Below are positions 53,325 through 63,097 of a stretch of DNA of 64,000 bases, piece after piece. Under the pieces are notes generated by a model. It did no database searches, had not been told where the DNA came from, and saw only the letters and a program-made list of their open reading frames with translations. The DNA is from an uncultured delta proteobacterium. GTDB lineage: Bacteria; Desulfobacterota; Desulfuromonadia; Geobacterales; Pseudopelobacteraceae. Where the stretch lies: assembly GCA_963772835.1 (NCBI GenBank), contig CAVYYZ010000002.1, positions 1 through 64,000 on the forward strand, given 5' to 3'. The translations under genes were made by a program, and so were the position numbers. Position 1 is the stretch's first letter, and each line of letters begins with the position of its first letter.

Positions 53325-54400
53325 TGTCTGCCAAATTCCTACAACTTATCAGTCTTGCGGTGCTGATCGTCGCTATCCAGATAGTCACCCAGGTGACAGA
53401 CAGTTCCTATTATCTCACCCAGCTCACCATGACGGCGTATTATTCGCTTCTGGTGATCGGGCTCTGCATGCTTATAGGGTATGCCGGACAAATCTCACTC
53501 GGGCATGCCGGTTTCTTTGCTATTGGCGGCTACATGTCGGCGTTTCTCACAACATATGACCTTACTGCAATGAAGGGCACACCGTTTCTAACCGCTCTAT
53601 CCAAAATTGGTGTCCTTATCGTCAGAAAAAATTTGTATGGGGGAGAAATTCTTACCTTTCGTTCCTGGCCTGCCTGTTTACTCTCGGTATGTACGGTTCT
53701 GATAATTGCGTACGTAATCGGCGGTCCGGTTTTGAAACTGAAAGGTCATTATCTCGCCATGGCGACACTCGGCTTCGGAATCATTATCTACCGAATAGTT
53801 GTCGGCACCTCGGGTCTTGGTGCAGCTGACGGCATTTCCGGCGTCCCCGGTTTTCCGCTTTTTCCGGGAGTAGTGATCAGCGGCAAGGGTTCAGGGAGGA
53901 TTCTTAACTATTACATCGCCTGGGGGGTTGTAATTGCGGGAATGACGTTCCTGTTGAACCTGATCAGTTCGCGGGTTGGCCGCGCTCTTTCAGCAATCCA
54001 TGGCGCTGAGGATGCGGCCGAGGCCATGGGCATTCCGACAGCGAAGTACAAGCTCAAGGTCTTTGTGCTGAGCGCAGGATTTGCGGCAATTGCAGGCATC
54101 CTTCTCACGCACTACAACGGCAGTATCGGGCCGTCTGAGGCATCGGTCATGAAATCTGTCAGATATGTGGCAATTGTTGCCATCGGCGGCATGACGAGCC
54201 TCTGGGGTGCGGCTGTCATGAGTCTGGTACTCAATTATCTGTCACTCCGGGGGTCATTCGGCTCATATGACGACGCGGTATTCGGTATCATTCTGGTCCT
54301 GATCATGCTGTTCGCACCTGAAGGATTGATCAGAAGGCAGTTTTTAGGTGATCTGAAATCCTTCTTCAAACGCCTGGACAGCAAGGAAGTGGCGTCATGA
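53324..54400 (+). CDS. livM: Branched-chain amino acid ABC permease LivM
   Basis: GYAGQISLGH, LKGHYLAMATL and SRVGRAL. Confidence 0.92.
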   Translation: MSAKFLQLISLAVLIVAIQIVTQVTDSSYYLTQLTMTAYYSLLVIGLCMLIGYAGQISLGHAGFFAIGGYMSAFLTTYDLTAMKGTPFLTALSKIGVLIVRKNLYGGEILTFRSWPACLLSVCTVLIIAYVIGGPVLKLKGHYLAMATLGFGIIIYRIVVGTSGLGAADGISGVPGFPLFPGVVISGKGSGRILNYYIAWGVVIAGMTFLLNLISSRVGRALSAIHGAEDAAEAMGIPTAKYKLKVFVLSAGFAAIAGILLTHYNGSIGPSEASVMKSVRYVAIVAIGGMTSLWGAAVMSLVLNYLSLRGSFGSYDDAVFGIILVLIMLFAPEGLIRRQFLGDLKSFFKRLDSKEVAS

Positions 54401-55170
54401 CGGCACTCCTTTCTATTGAGAACCTGTCCAAGCGCTTCGGCGGACTGCAGGCGGTGAATGAAGTCTCGTTTTCTGTGACTGCCGGTTCGATCAAGGCGCT
54501 CATCGGCCCTAACGGGGCCGGCAAGACAACGCTCTTCAATCTGATTTCCGGCGTTATTGCTCCTGACTCGGGCATTATCACCTTTTGCGGGAACCAGGTT
54601 CAGGGCTTACGTCCCCATCAGGTTGCATCCAGTGGCATGGCCAGAACATTTCAGCATATTCGCCTTTTCCCGAAGATGTCGGTTCTTGAAAACATCATGA
54701 TCGGCAGGCATATCCACAGCAGGGCGGGGTTTATTGCCGGCATGTTGAGTATGCCGTACACCTGGAGAGAAGAAAAACAGATCCGGGAAAAAGCCCGCGA
54801 AATCATGGCGTTCCTGGAGCTGGAAAATTTAGCGGACATCGAAGCCACCTCCCTTTCGTACGGCCAGCAGAGGAACGTCGAACTCGGGAGGGCACTTGCC
54901 TGCGAGCCGAAACTGCTGCTGCTGGACGAACCTGCCGCCGGTCTTAATATGAGTGAGACAGCCGAACTGGGATCGTTGATCTCGAGAATTCGTGACACCG
55001 GAATAACGGTGCTCATCGTAGAACATGACATGACACTGGTCATGGAAATATCGGATGAAATACTGGTTCTCAGTTACGGCAAAAAAATTGCTGATGACAA
55101 ACCGCTTGCTGTGCAGTCAAACAGTGAGGTTATTAATGTCTATCTGGGAGAGGACGAGGACGATGCTTAA
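54397..55170 (+). CDS. livG: Branched-chain amino acid ABC ATPase LivG
   Basis: GPNGAGKTT, LSYGQQR and LLDEPAAG. Confidence 0.93.
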   Translation: MTALLSIENLSKRFGGLQAVNEVSFSVTAGSIKALIGPNGAGKTTLFNLISGVIAPDSGIITFCGNQVQGLRPHQVASSGMARTFQHIRLFPKMSVLENIMIGRHIHSRAGFIAGMLSMPYTWREEKQIREKAREIMAFLELENLADIEATSLSYGQQRNVELGRALACEPKLLLLDEPAAGLNMSETAELGSLISRIRDTGITVLIVEHDMTLVMEISDEILVLSYGKKIADDKPLAVQSNSEVINVYLGEDEDDA

Positions 55171-55891
55171 GATTGTAAACCTCGTATCGGGATACGATAA
55201 TCTCAAGGTGATTCAGAATGTGACGATTCAGGTAAATCCTGGCGAGATCGTTTCGATTATCGGTGCCAACGGTGCCGGCAAAACGACCCTATTGAAAACA
55301 ATCACCGGCGTGCTGAAGCCCATTTCCGGGGGAATATTTTTCGACGGTCAGGACATCACCCGGACGAGTACTGAAAAGATTGTGCACCTCGGCTGTTCCC
55401 TGGTACCTGAAGGGAGACAGGTGTTTGCTCCGATGACCGTGAGGGAGAACCTTATCCTCGGTGGATATGTTCAGTATAAAAGAAAGATGGGCTGTCAGGT
55501 CCTGCCGTACCTGGATCGTATCTATAAACTCTTTCCACGCCTGCTGGAACGCGAAACCCAGTTTGCCGGTTCCCTTTCAGGAGGGGAGCAGCAGATGCTT
55601 GCCATCGGCCGGGCAATGATGGCGCGCCCCAAGCTTGTGATGATGGATGAACCTTCGATGGGGCTTGCCCCGCTGGTAATCAAGGAAATTTTTTCTATTG
55701 TCCGCATGCTCCGTGACGAAGGCGCGACAATTCTGCTTGTTGAGCAGAATGCCAAGGCGGCGCTCAGACTGGCTGACCGCGGGTATGTTCTTGAGACCGG
55801 AAAGGTAATTATGGAAGGGTCGGCAAAAGAACTGTTGGAAAATGATGACGTTAAATGTGCCTATCTGGGGAAAGTCAAAAAAGAGCTGTAG
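55163..55891 (+). CDS. livF: Branched-chain amino acid ABC ATPase LivF
   Basis: GANGAGKTT, VPEGR, LSGGEQQM and AYLG. Confidence 0.93.
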   Translation: MLKIVNLVSGYDNLKVIQNVTIQVNPGEIVSIIGANGAGKTTLLKTITGVLKPISGGIFFDGQDITRTSTEKIVHLGCSLVPEGRQVFAPMTVRENLILGGYVQYKRKMGCQVLPYLDRIYKLFPRLLERETQFAGSLSGGEQQMLAIGRAMMARPKLVMMDEPSMGLAPLVIKEIFSIVRMLRDEGATILLVEQNAKAALRLADRGYVLETGKVIMEGSAKELLENDDVKCAYLGKVKKEL

Positions 55892-55929
55892 AGAATGCCT
55901 CCGGCAGCTTACGCTGCCGGAGGCATTCT
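55892..55929. terminator. Perfect hairpin between convergent liv and AOR genes
   Basis: AGAATGCCTCCGGCAGC-TTAC-GCTGCCGGAGGCATTCT. Confidence 0.75.
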
Positions 55930-55990
55930 GTTTCCCAAACACCGACGGCACAGATCGCCTCCGATGTCGCACAACAAACCCCTTCCAGGT

Positions 55991-58315
55991 TCATCCTCCA
56001 CCAAGAAGCGGGAACACAGCAAGTTCATCCCCGTTTTTAATTGTGCTGTCTTTTTCGTTAGACAGGATCATTTCTCCATTCACCGAGACGACCAGAGACT
56101 TGTCTTCAAGCTGACTGCCGGAATGGCAGAGTCTTACGCACAACGCCTCCCTGAGCTCTGCAACGCTCGACACCTGCTGATCAACAATTACCGCTCCTTC
56201 CGGGGCCCCGGCAAACCCGTGCGGCATCATGACCGTGACAGCAAAACCGGTAACAACGTCTGCCAGTTTTTTATGCCAGGCAAGCGCAGGAACACCGGCA
56301 CTGTTGAGACCGGATATGTCATAAAACCGGGCTTTAAGTGCTTCGAATTCAGCCCGGTCGATTTTTTCGCCCTTGAAGGGGCCGACCGTGATCTCCTCTT
56401 CAAACCAGCGCTCCGGCAGGGTATCATCCAATTCGGTAAGGCCGAGACGCCCGTTGATAAGCCGCTCTATCCCGTTGATGTTACGACCGATAGTATCCAT
56501 CATTTCCGGAGTAAACTCTTCTCCTGTCAATTCAGTCAGTTGACTGGCAAAATCCTCATAACCGGCCGTAGAGGCTGAATTGAAAAGTTTTGTCGAGAAA
56601 CGGCACATGCCGACGGCATCACCGACGGCGTACATATTTTCGCACGCCCGGACGGCATATTCTTTGCCGGCGTAGCTGTTCGGCGCAGGCGCAACTACCC
56701 CGCCGTACAGTTCGGCCTTCAATTGAGGATTATCGTTAATTCTGGCGTTGATCTCCAGCGTGGGACGGTTGCGGAGGTGGTCCATGCCACGGGTCGCAAC
56801 GGCGAGTCCAAGAGCAAAACCCTTGAGGATCCTGGAATCGTGGGGGTCGGACTGGAACAGACCTTTGACGGCCATCCGGTATTTCAGTGCCTCTTTCGGG
56901 TATTTGCCGCGCTCCACGGCCCGGCTGGAGTCGGCGATGACGTCACCGAAGCCCTCTCTTCGCGCGGTCATGAACAGCAGCTTTTCAATAACCGGGTAGT
57001 TTCCCCATGTCAGATCAAGTCCACCGGTCTCTTTCCCTGTGATAATCCCGCGCTGATAGAGTTCCATAGCCCAGGAGACAGCGCTTCCCGTACTGGCCGA
57101 ATCGAGCCCGAGATCGTTGAGAATGTTATTCAGCCTCAAGACCTGTTCAGGCTCGCTGAGGCCGATCATGGGGCCCATTTTCTGAAGAGTGACGTACTCA
57201 GGGCCGTCCCCCTTATCGAACCGGTCGTACACTCCGTCGTCGCGAACCCCTTTGTACGCTTTCTCCTTCTGATGCCCTATGTCGGCCTGACCGCGATCGT
57301 AGCTGGCGTTTCCGGCCAATCCCTTTAAAGCATCAGCTCCCCAGCCCCCCTTCCCTTCCGGGGTGAGATCGTTAAGCGGGCGGCACCGTACCGGACACTT
57401 CAGACAACCGTCCATTCCGGGACGATACGCATCAAAATTGTCGGCATCAAGAGAATCGCTCCAACTTGTTTCCTGATTGTTTTTAGCCCCCATCGCACAG
57501 AGAATCCGACTCGGTTTATAAAGAAAAGGGGTCCCCACCGTTTTAAGGGCATTTTTAATAACGCTGGTCGAAAGAATTTTTTTGGCGATCTCTCTGTTGT
57601 TTTCCTTAAACTTCACCGAGAGAGAAGGAGCGTCAGAGGAACCAAGAACCATGACCGCCTTGAGCTTGAGTGCCCCCATCTTTGCTCCGGCGCCTCCCCG
57701 GGCATAGATCGCCTTGACGCCGCCCATGATCCCGGAACAGAGGGCCAGATTTTCTCCGGCGCTGGTGATGCGGGCCATGGCCATATTCTTGCGCTCTGTA
57801 CATGAAAAATCTTTCTCGACCGCCTGAGTCAGGTCGTGGTTGTCCATCCCCCGGTATCCGGCGGCATCATGAAACAGAACTGTACTGTTCGAAATCTGAA
57901 GCAGGGTCAGCCCGGGGGATTGTCCGTAGAGCACGAGATGGTCGTACCCGTGCAGCTTAAGGTAGGTGGGAAACGAATCACCGCAGCTGCAGTCGAGAAT
58001 GGCGCGGCTTTCAGGCGAGATGCTGCTGACGTTGCCGCGGGTGGCGGTGGGAACACTTCCGGTGAGCGTTCCGCTGCCGAAAATCAGCGGGACACCCGGA
58101 TCCAGCGGTTCCAGACCGTCCGTCATGAGGTTGTACAGGAGGTACATGTTGGCACCGCGACCGGTGAGAAATGTATGGAGTACATTTATCGGAAGATAGC
58201 GGGAAAAATGCTCCCGCCTTTCCAGATCGACAAACAGCACCGCCCCCTGCGTCGGGTAGCGGGGGGTGTCGTACATACGCAGCGACAGCTGCTCAACCTT
58301 TTGTCTGATTTCCAT
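55991..58315 (-). CDS. Tungsten aldehyde:ferredoxin oxidoreductase-family protein with C-terminal MoaD/ThiS fusion
   Basis: SISPES, RGGAGAKMG.LKLKAV, CLKCPVRC, PEY, GLD and DTLPERW; C-terminus VSVNGE...IKNGDELAVFPLLGGG. Confidence 0.9.
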   Translation of the reverse strand: MEIRQKVEQLSLRMYDTPRYPTQGAVLFVDLERREHFSRYLPINVLHTFLTGRGANMYLLYNLMTDGLEPLDPGVPLIFGSGTLTGSVPTATRGNVSSISPESRAILDCSCGDSFPTYLKLHGYDHLVLYGQSPGLTLLQISNSTVLFHDAAGYRGMDNHDLTQAVEKDFSCTERKNMAMARITSAGENLALCSGIMGGVKAIYARGGAGAKMGALKLKAVMVLGSSDAPSLSVKFKENNREIAKKILSTSVIKNALKTVGTPFLYKPSRILCAMGAKNNQETSWSDSLDADNFDAYRPGMDGCLKCPVRCRPLNDLTPEGKGGWGADALKGLAGNASYDRGQADIGHQKEKAYKGVRDDGVYDRFDKGDGPEYVTLQKMGPMIGLSEPEQVLRLNNILNDLGLDSASTGSAVSWAMELYQRGIITGKETGGLDLTWGNYPVIEKLLFMTARREGFGDVIADSSRAVERGKYPKEALKYRMAVKGLFQSDPHDSRILKGFALGLAVATRGMDHLRNRPTLEINARINDNPQLKAELYGGVVAPAPNSYAGKEYAVRACENMYAVGDAVGMCRFSTKLFNSASTAGYEDFASQLTELTGEEFTPEMMDTIGRNINGIERLINGRLGLTELDDTLPERWFEEEITVGPFKGEKIDRAEFEALKARFYDISGLNSAGVPALAWHKKLADVVTGFAVTVMMPHGFAGAPEGAVIVDQQVSSVAELREALCVRLCHSGSQLEDKSLVVSVNGEMILSNEKDSTIKNGDELAVFPLLGGG

Positions 58316-58366
58316 ACGCCGACCTTTCCGACTCGGGTTACCTGTTATCCGGCTTCCGGAAGAGAA

Positions 58367-59311
58367 TTATCTGGGTTCCAGGGCCTTGACGAGACCGCGG
58401 ATCATGTTGTTGTACGGGGTCGGCACTCCCGCCTGCAGGCCGTATTCGACGACCTTACCGTTGATGTAGTCTATTTCGGTCCGCCTTCCCGCTTCAATAT
58501 CCTGAAGCATGGATGGTTTGTGGTTGCCTGCACCTTTTATATAATTGATACAATAGGGGTAGAAATCATATCCAAGCGCAACTTCATTGGCCCTGGCCAC
58601 CGCAACCCCCTCCTTGATGAGGGCATCCACCAGATTGAAGAGGATCGGATCGAGAATGAGCTCCACCATCGTCCGCCCGGTCACGGCACAGAGCGGGTTC
58701 ATACTGGCATTCATAAGAGTCTTGCGCCAGACCATATTGATGATCTGGTCCGTATGATGAGTATCCAGACCGCATTCGGTGAGTACGTTGCAGATTCCGA
58801 TTGCAGCTTCTCTGGATAACGGATCAAGCTCCTGGAGGTAATGGGGCCGGTGATGAAAAGCGATCCTGAAGTGCCCGGGACCCAGAGGGACACAGCCGAA
58901 ATTAACCACCGCCCGCATGACGGATTTGGCTCCGAGGTGCTGCGCAAGAACAAGCTCCGTATCGATGCCGTTCTGCCAGCTGACAACGTAGCGTCCCTCG
59001 GCAACAAAATTTTCAAGCGTGGATGCTATCAACGGCAGCGCAGTGGCTTTAACGGTAAGAATTATAACGTCCGGCGGGTCGATCAGCAGGTCATCGACAT
59101 GTGTTGTTATCCTGGCCACCCTGGCCTGAAGGGTATCAGTACCCTCAATGATGATGCCCGGGTCAAGGGCCGGCTCTATGAGCGCGGGGATAACGTCACA
59201 CAGCGTGACTTCATACCCCCCTCTCGAAAGAAAAGCCGCGACGATGCCCCCCACCGGACCTGCTCCGATGACAGCGAATCTTTTGGGTTTATAGCTGCTT
59301 TCTTCCTTCAT
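58367..59311 (-). CDS. Ketopantoate reductase (PanE/ApbA)-family oxidoreductase
   Basis: GAGPVG, VKA, QNG, W.K..N and PSMLQD..GRRTEID..NG. Confidence 0.9.
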   Translation of the reverse strand: MKEESSYKPKRFAVIGAGPVGGIVAAFLSRGGYEVTLCDVIPALIEPALDPGIIIEGTDTLQARVARITTHVDDLLIDPPDVIILTVKATALPLIASTLENFVAEGRYVVSWQNGIDTELVLAQHLGAKSVMRAVVNFGCVPLGPGHFRIAFHHRPHYLQELDPLSREAAIGICNVLTECGLDTHHTDQIINMVWRKTLMNASMNPLCAVTGRTMVELILDPILFNLVDALIKEGVAVARANEVALGYDFYPYCINYIKGAGNHKPSMLQDIEAGRRTEIDYINGKVVEYGLQAGVPTPYNNMIRGLVKALEPR

Positions 59312-59334
59312 CGCACACTCCTTCATAAACCGGA

Positions 59335-59784
59335 CTATCTGACAGTATCGATGATTCCGAAATCCGTGGCATCAAGCAGCTTGATATCGTGCGCGAGCAG
59401 TATCTCAATAGCCCGGTCATTGTCGCTGAAGCGAAAAACCATCACGGCCCTGTCGGACGAACCACCGGTGCCGGCCAGAGCGTACATGTATTCGATATTC
59501 ACCTGTGATTCCTTGAACAGGTACAGTACCCTTGCCAGACTGCCGGGTATATCGTCAATTTCAACCGCCACGACATCATCGACGCGGGCAGGAAGCTGTT
59601 TTTCCATAATAACCCGGCGGGCCAGAGCCACGTCCGACACAAGAATCCGCAGTACGCCGAATTCCAGAGTGTCACAGATGGAGAGGGACCTCAGGTTTAT
59701 GCCGGCTGCGCCGAGCGCATTCGTCGCCTCATACAGTCGGCCGGGTGAATTTTCTAGAAAAACAGATAGTTGCTTCAGTTTCAT
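59335..59784 (-). CDS. Tandem ACT-domain protein
   Basis: QLSVFLENSPGRL and NIEYMYA. Confidence 0.92.
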   Translation of the reverse strand: MKLKQLSVFLENSPGRLYEATNALGAAGINLRSLSICDTLEFGVLRILVSDVALARRVIMEKQLPARVDDVVAVEIDDIPGSLARVLYLFKESQVNIEYMYALAGTGGSSDRAVMVFRFSDNDRAIEILLAHDIKLLDATDFGIIDTVR

Positions 59785-59811
59785 GGCGATCTCCCTTGTG
59801 ATGAAAAACTC

Positions 59812-60753
59812 TTACGTTTCCAGTGCCTTCACCAGGCTGCGCAGGGTTGTGTTGAACGGAGTCGGCATGCCGACGCGGACACCATACTCAATAATCTTGC
59901 CGTTGATGAAGTCGATCTCGGTACGTCGTCCCGCTTCGATATCCTGGAGCATGGAGGGTTTGTGATGCCCCGCATTACGGATGTAGCTGATTGTCTCCGG
60001 ATAAAAGTCGGGACCGAGAATGAATTCGTTGGCACGTGCGACAGCAACGCCCTCCTTCAGGAGTAAGTCAACAAGATTGAAGAGAATCGGGTCGTTAATG
60101 ACGTCAAACATGGTCTTGCCGGTCACGGCGCAGATCGGATTCATGCTGGAATTATTGACAGCCTTGCTCCAGACCATGTTGCGGATCTGATCGGTATGGT
60201 GGGTATCGAGTCCGCACCCGGTAAATGCGCGGCAGATTCCGATCGCCGCATCCCGGGAGTCGGCATGAAGTTCCTGAAGATAGTGGGGGCGCTGATGAAA
60301 GGCCATATGTACGCGGCCCGGACCCAGCAGGGTGCATCCGTAGTTGACGACGGCACGCATGACTGACCGGGCGCCGAGCGTTGTTGAAAGTACGCGCTCC
60401 GTATCGATGCCGTTCTGCCAGCTGACAACATACCGCCCCTCACCGGCAAAACCTTCAAGAGCGGAGGCGATCAACGGCAGAGCTGTGGCCTTAACAGTGA
60501 CGATAACGACGTCGGGTGGATTTGTGGAGAGATCATCAACACGGGTTGTTATGCGTGACACTTTGCCTTGAAACGTATCACTCCCCTCAACGATAATACC
60601 GGGGTTCATGGCAGGCTCGAGAAGGGACGGCACGACATCACAAAGAGTAACATCATACCCCCCTTTGGCAAGGAAAGCCGCCACGATACATCCGACCGGA
60701 CCGGCGCCGATGACCGCAAACCTGCGCGGCGTATAGCTGTTTTTCTTCGTCAT
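59812..60753 (-). CDS. Ketopantoate reductase (PanE/ApbA)-family oxidoreductase, close paralog of 58367..59311
   Basis: Same motifs, with long identical peptide stretches. Confidence 0.9.
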   Translation of the reverse strand: MTKKNSYTPRRFAVIGAGPVGCIVAAFLAKGGYDVTLCDVVPSLLEPAMNPGIIVEGSDTFQGKVSRITTRVDDLSTNPPDVVIVTVKATALPLIASALEGFAGEGRYVVSWQNGIDTERVLSTTLGARSVMRAVVNYGCTLLGPGRVHMAFHQRPHYLQELHADSRDAAIGICRAFTGCGLDTHHTDQIRNMVWSKAVNNSSMNPICAVTGKTMFDVINDPILFNLVDLLLKEGVAVARANEFILGPDFYPETISYIRNAGHHKPSMLQDIEAGRRTEIDFINGKIIEYGVRVGMPTPFNTTLRSLVKALET

Positions 60754-60805
60754 AAGGAACCCCTTCACATCATACTGCTGTCACGTGCCTCATGTACCGG
60801 AATAT

Positions 60806-61252
60806 CTACGACTGGGTTTCCAGAATGCCGAATGCGGCGGCATCAAGAAGCTGTACACCGTTTTTCTGCATAATCTCGATAGCCAGGTCATTATCGTTGA
60901 AACGGAACACCATCACGGCCTTTCCCTGGGTTGCACCAGCCACGGCATACATATATTCGACGTTCACCTTCGTTCCCAGAAACAGCCTGAGTATGCGGGA
61001 GAGGCTCCCGGGGCTGTCTTCAATCTCGGCGGCTATGACATCGTCAACCCGGGCCGGAAAGAATTTGTCCATGATGACCCCGCGGGCTTTCGCCAGGTCG
61101 GACACGAGAATGCGCAGGACGCCGAAATCGTGGGATGTGTCGGAGATGCAGTGGGCTCTCAGATTTATACCGGCATCTCCGAGTGCCTGCGTGACTTCAC
61201 AGAGGCGCCCCGGTGCATTTTCAAGAAAGATGGACAACTGTTTGAGCTTCAT
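60806..61252 (-). CDS. Tandem ACT-domain protein (paralog of 59335..59784)
   Basis: QLSIFLENAPGRL and NVEYMYA. Confidence 0.92.
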   Translation of the reverse strand: MKLKQLSIFLENAPGRLCEVTQALGDAGINLRAHCISDTSHDFGVLRILVSDLAKARGVIMDKFFPARVDDVIAAEIEDSPGSLSRILRLFLGTKVNVEYMYAVAGATQGKAVMVFRFNDNDLAIEIMQKNGVQLLDAAAFGILETQS

Positions 61253-61303
61253 GTGAACCTCCCCGAATAGCTATACCAAAAACCGGTTTATTTCGTTTAT
61301 TAG

Positions 61304-61339
61304 CGTAAATTAGTACCACAATACCAATTTATCTGTCAA
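61304..61339 (-). promoter_or_regulatory. Putative promoter/operator for the ACT-PanE-AOR unit
   Basis: TTGACAGATAAATTGGTATTGTGGTACTAATTTACG; internal dyad TTGGTA-N6-TACTAA. Confidence 0.55.
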
Positions 61340-61357
61340 GATCAAACGGCACAACGA

Positions 61358-62338
61358 CTACCAGGGGTACAAACCCCGCACACGCGCATGCAGCCTCGCC
61401 AATCCGAGCATGGCATCGATATTCGGCGTGGATTCACCTGTCATCTGACCGATCTCGCGCACGGCACTTACCAGAACATCCAGCTCCACGTTCCTTCCGG
61501 CTTCGACATCCTGCAGCATCGATGTTTTGAATGCCCCCAACCGGCGCGTTAACGCGGTTCTTTCCTCACCGCTCTGGGCAATCGGGCAACCGATTCCGGC
61601 ACCGATCCGGGCAGCCTCCGCCATAATATCCAGACAGAATCGATATACCAGCGGATCATCAAGTATCTGCTCGCAGGTGGCGCCGGTAATCGCGGAAACC
61701 GGGTTCATGGTCATGTTCCCCCACAGCTTGAACCAGATGTCGGTCTGAATACTGCGGGAAACGTCTATATCAAGGGATGCATTCCCCAGCAGTTCCGCCA
61801 GCATCTGAACCCGCCCGGAATCAGACCCGTCAGGCTCTCCGATGATCAGGCGCTTGCCGAAACTGTGGCGGACGAAACCCGGCTCAGGCAATGAAAAGCT
61901 GCCGTGCACCACGCAACCCACTACATTGCGGGTCGGAATCGCCGCGGCAATCGAGCCGTCCGGGTCGACGGATACGAGACGCGTACCCGCATATCCGCCG
62001 CCGAATCCGTCAAAAAACCACCAGCCGATTCCGTTCATTGCCGTCATAACGATCGTATCCGGACCGATCAAAGGGGCGATCTTCTGCGCCACCTGTTTAA
62101 GAGCGGTCGCCTTTACCGCCAGTATGACCAGATCCTGTACACCAAGTTCAGCGGGGTCATCCGTTGCCCGGACCTTTTCCGTGACAAGTACGCCGTCACT
62201 CTGCAGCCGGAGGCCGTGCTCACGCAGCGCATCCAGGGTGGCTCCTCGCGCCACTGCATTAACTTCATACCCTGCTCGCGCAAGGTTTGCTCCGATAAAT
62301 CCGCCGACGGCACCAACGCCATAAATGCAAATTTTCAT
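61358..62338 (-). CDS. Ketopantoate reductase-family protein, divergent subfamily (MNGI.WW / KLWGN type)
   Basis: GVGAVG, AMNGIGWWF, WFKLWGN..NP.SA and TSMLQD. Confidence 0.9.
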   Translation of the reverse strand: MKICIYGVGAVGGFIGANLARAGYEVNAVARGATLDALREHGLRLQSDGVLVTEKVRATDDPAELGVQDLVILAVKATALKQVAQKIAPLIGPDTIVMTAMNGIGWWFFDGFGGGYAGTRLVSVDPDGSIAAAIPTRNVVGCVVHGSFSLPEPGFVRHSFGKRLIIGEPDGSDSGRVQMLAELLGNASLDIDVSRSIQTDIWFKLWGNMTMNPVSAITGATCEQILDDPLVYRFCLDIMAEAARIGAGIGCPIAQSGEERTALTRRLGAFKTSMLQDVEAGRNVELDVLVSAVREIGQMTGESTPNIDAMLGLARLHARVRGLYPW

Positions 62339-62510
62339 GATATGATCGCCCTTTTCGCTTCATTTCAGACAGTTCGAGCCGGTTCTACGTGCAATTTCCC
62401 AGAAAAAAACCGATACCGCCGGTGAGGGCGGCATCGGCACTGATTCCATTTGAAACTGAATAACCGGGTAAAGACGTCGCCGACCTTTCAAAGCGGGGGA
62501 CATCAGAGAA

Positions 62511-63083
62511 TCAGGCAGCAGCCCCGCCGCTGAGGGCCCGCAGATTGACATCAACGCCCTTCTCTTTCGAGACCGCTCTGACGACCCCTTCTACGACCTC
62601 CGCATTGATCGGCAGTTTTTTCATCACGGCTCCCACCATAACCATATTGACAGCCTTGGCATTGCCGGCCTCCTTTGCAACAGCAAGTGCATTGATGCCC
62701 CGTGCACCGGGACAGGCGAGTGCTATCTGTTCCTCCACATCGGCCGGATACGTAGCCAGACCGGTGGCCACGGTACTCGGGTTTATGGTGACCTTATTGT
62801 AGACCAGCATACCGCCCGGTTTGAGATAGTGGACGTACCTGAGGGCTTCAAGCGGTTCGAAGGAGATCAGGATATCTGCAGTTCCCGGAATAACCACGGG
62901 TGAGAAAACCTCCTTTCCTATCCGGACAAAGGAGATAACGCTCCCCCCCCGCTGGGCCATGCCGTGGACTTCATTCTGTTTTACATCCATCCCGCTGGCG
63001 AGAGCGCTTTCGGCGAGAACCTTGGAGGCGAGCAGCACCCCCTGTCCGCCAACGCCGGCTATAACAATATTAAATATGTCCAT
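62511..63083 (-). CDS. iorB: Indolepyruvate:ferredoxin oxidoreductase beta subunit
   Basis: AGVGGQG, EVHGMAQRGGSV and EPLEALRY. Confidence 0.93.
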   Translation of the reverse strand: MDIFNIVIAGVGGQGVLLASKVLAESALASGMDVKQNEVHGMAQRGGSVISFVRIGKEVFSPVVIPGTADILISFEPLEALRYVHYLKPGGMLVYNKVTINPSTVATGLATYPADVEEQIALACPGARGINALAVAKEAGNAKAVNMVMVGAVMKKLPINAEVVEGVVRAVSKEKGVDVNLRALSGGAAA

Positions 63084-63097
63084 TATTTTCCTCCCCC

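Noticed and set aside
55991..58315. AOR-family gene as class II benzoyl-CoA reductase BamB
   Set aside because: No bamC-I or other aromatic ring-degradation genes are nearby; the context is 2-oxoacid metabolism.
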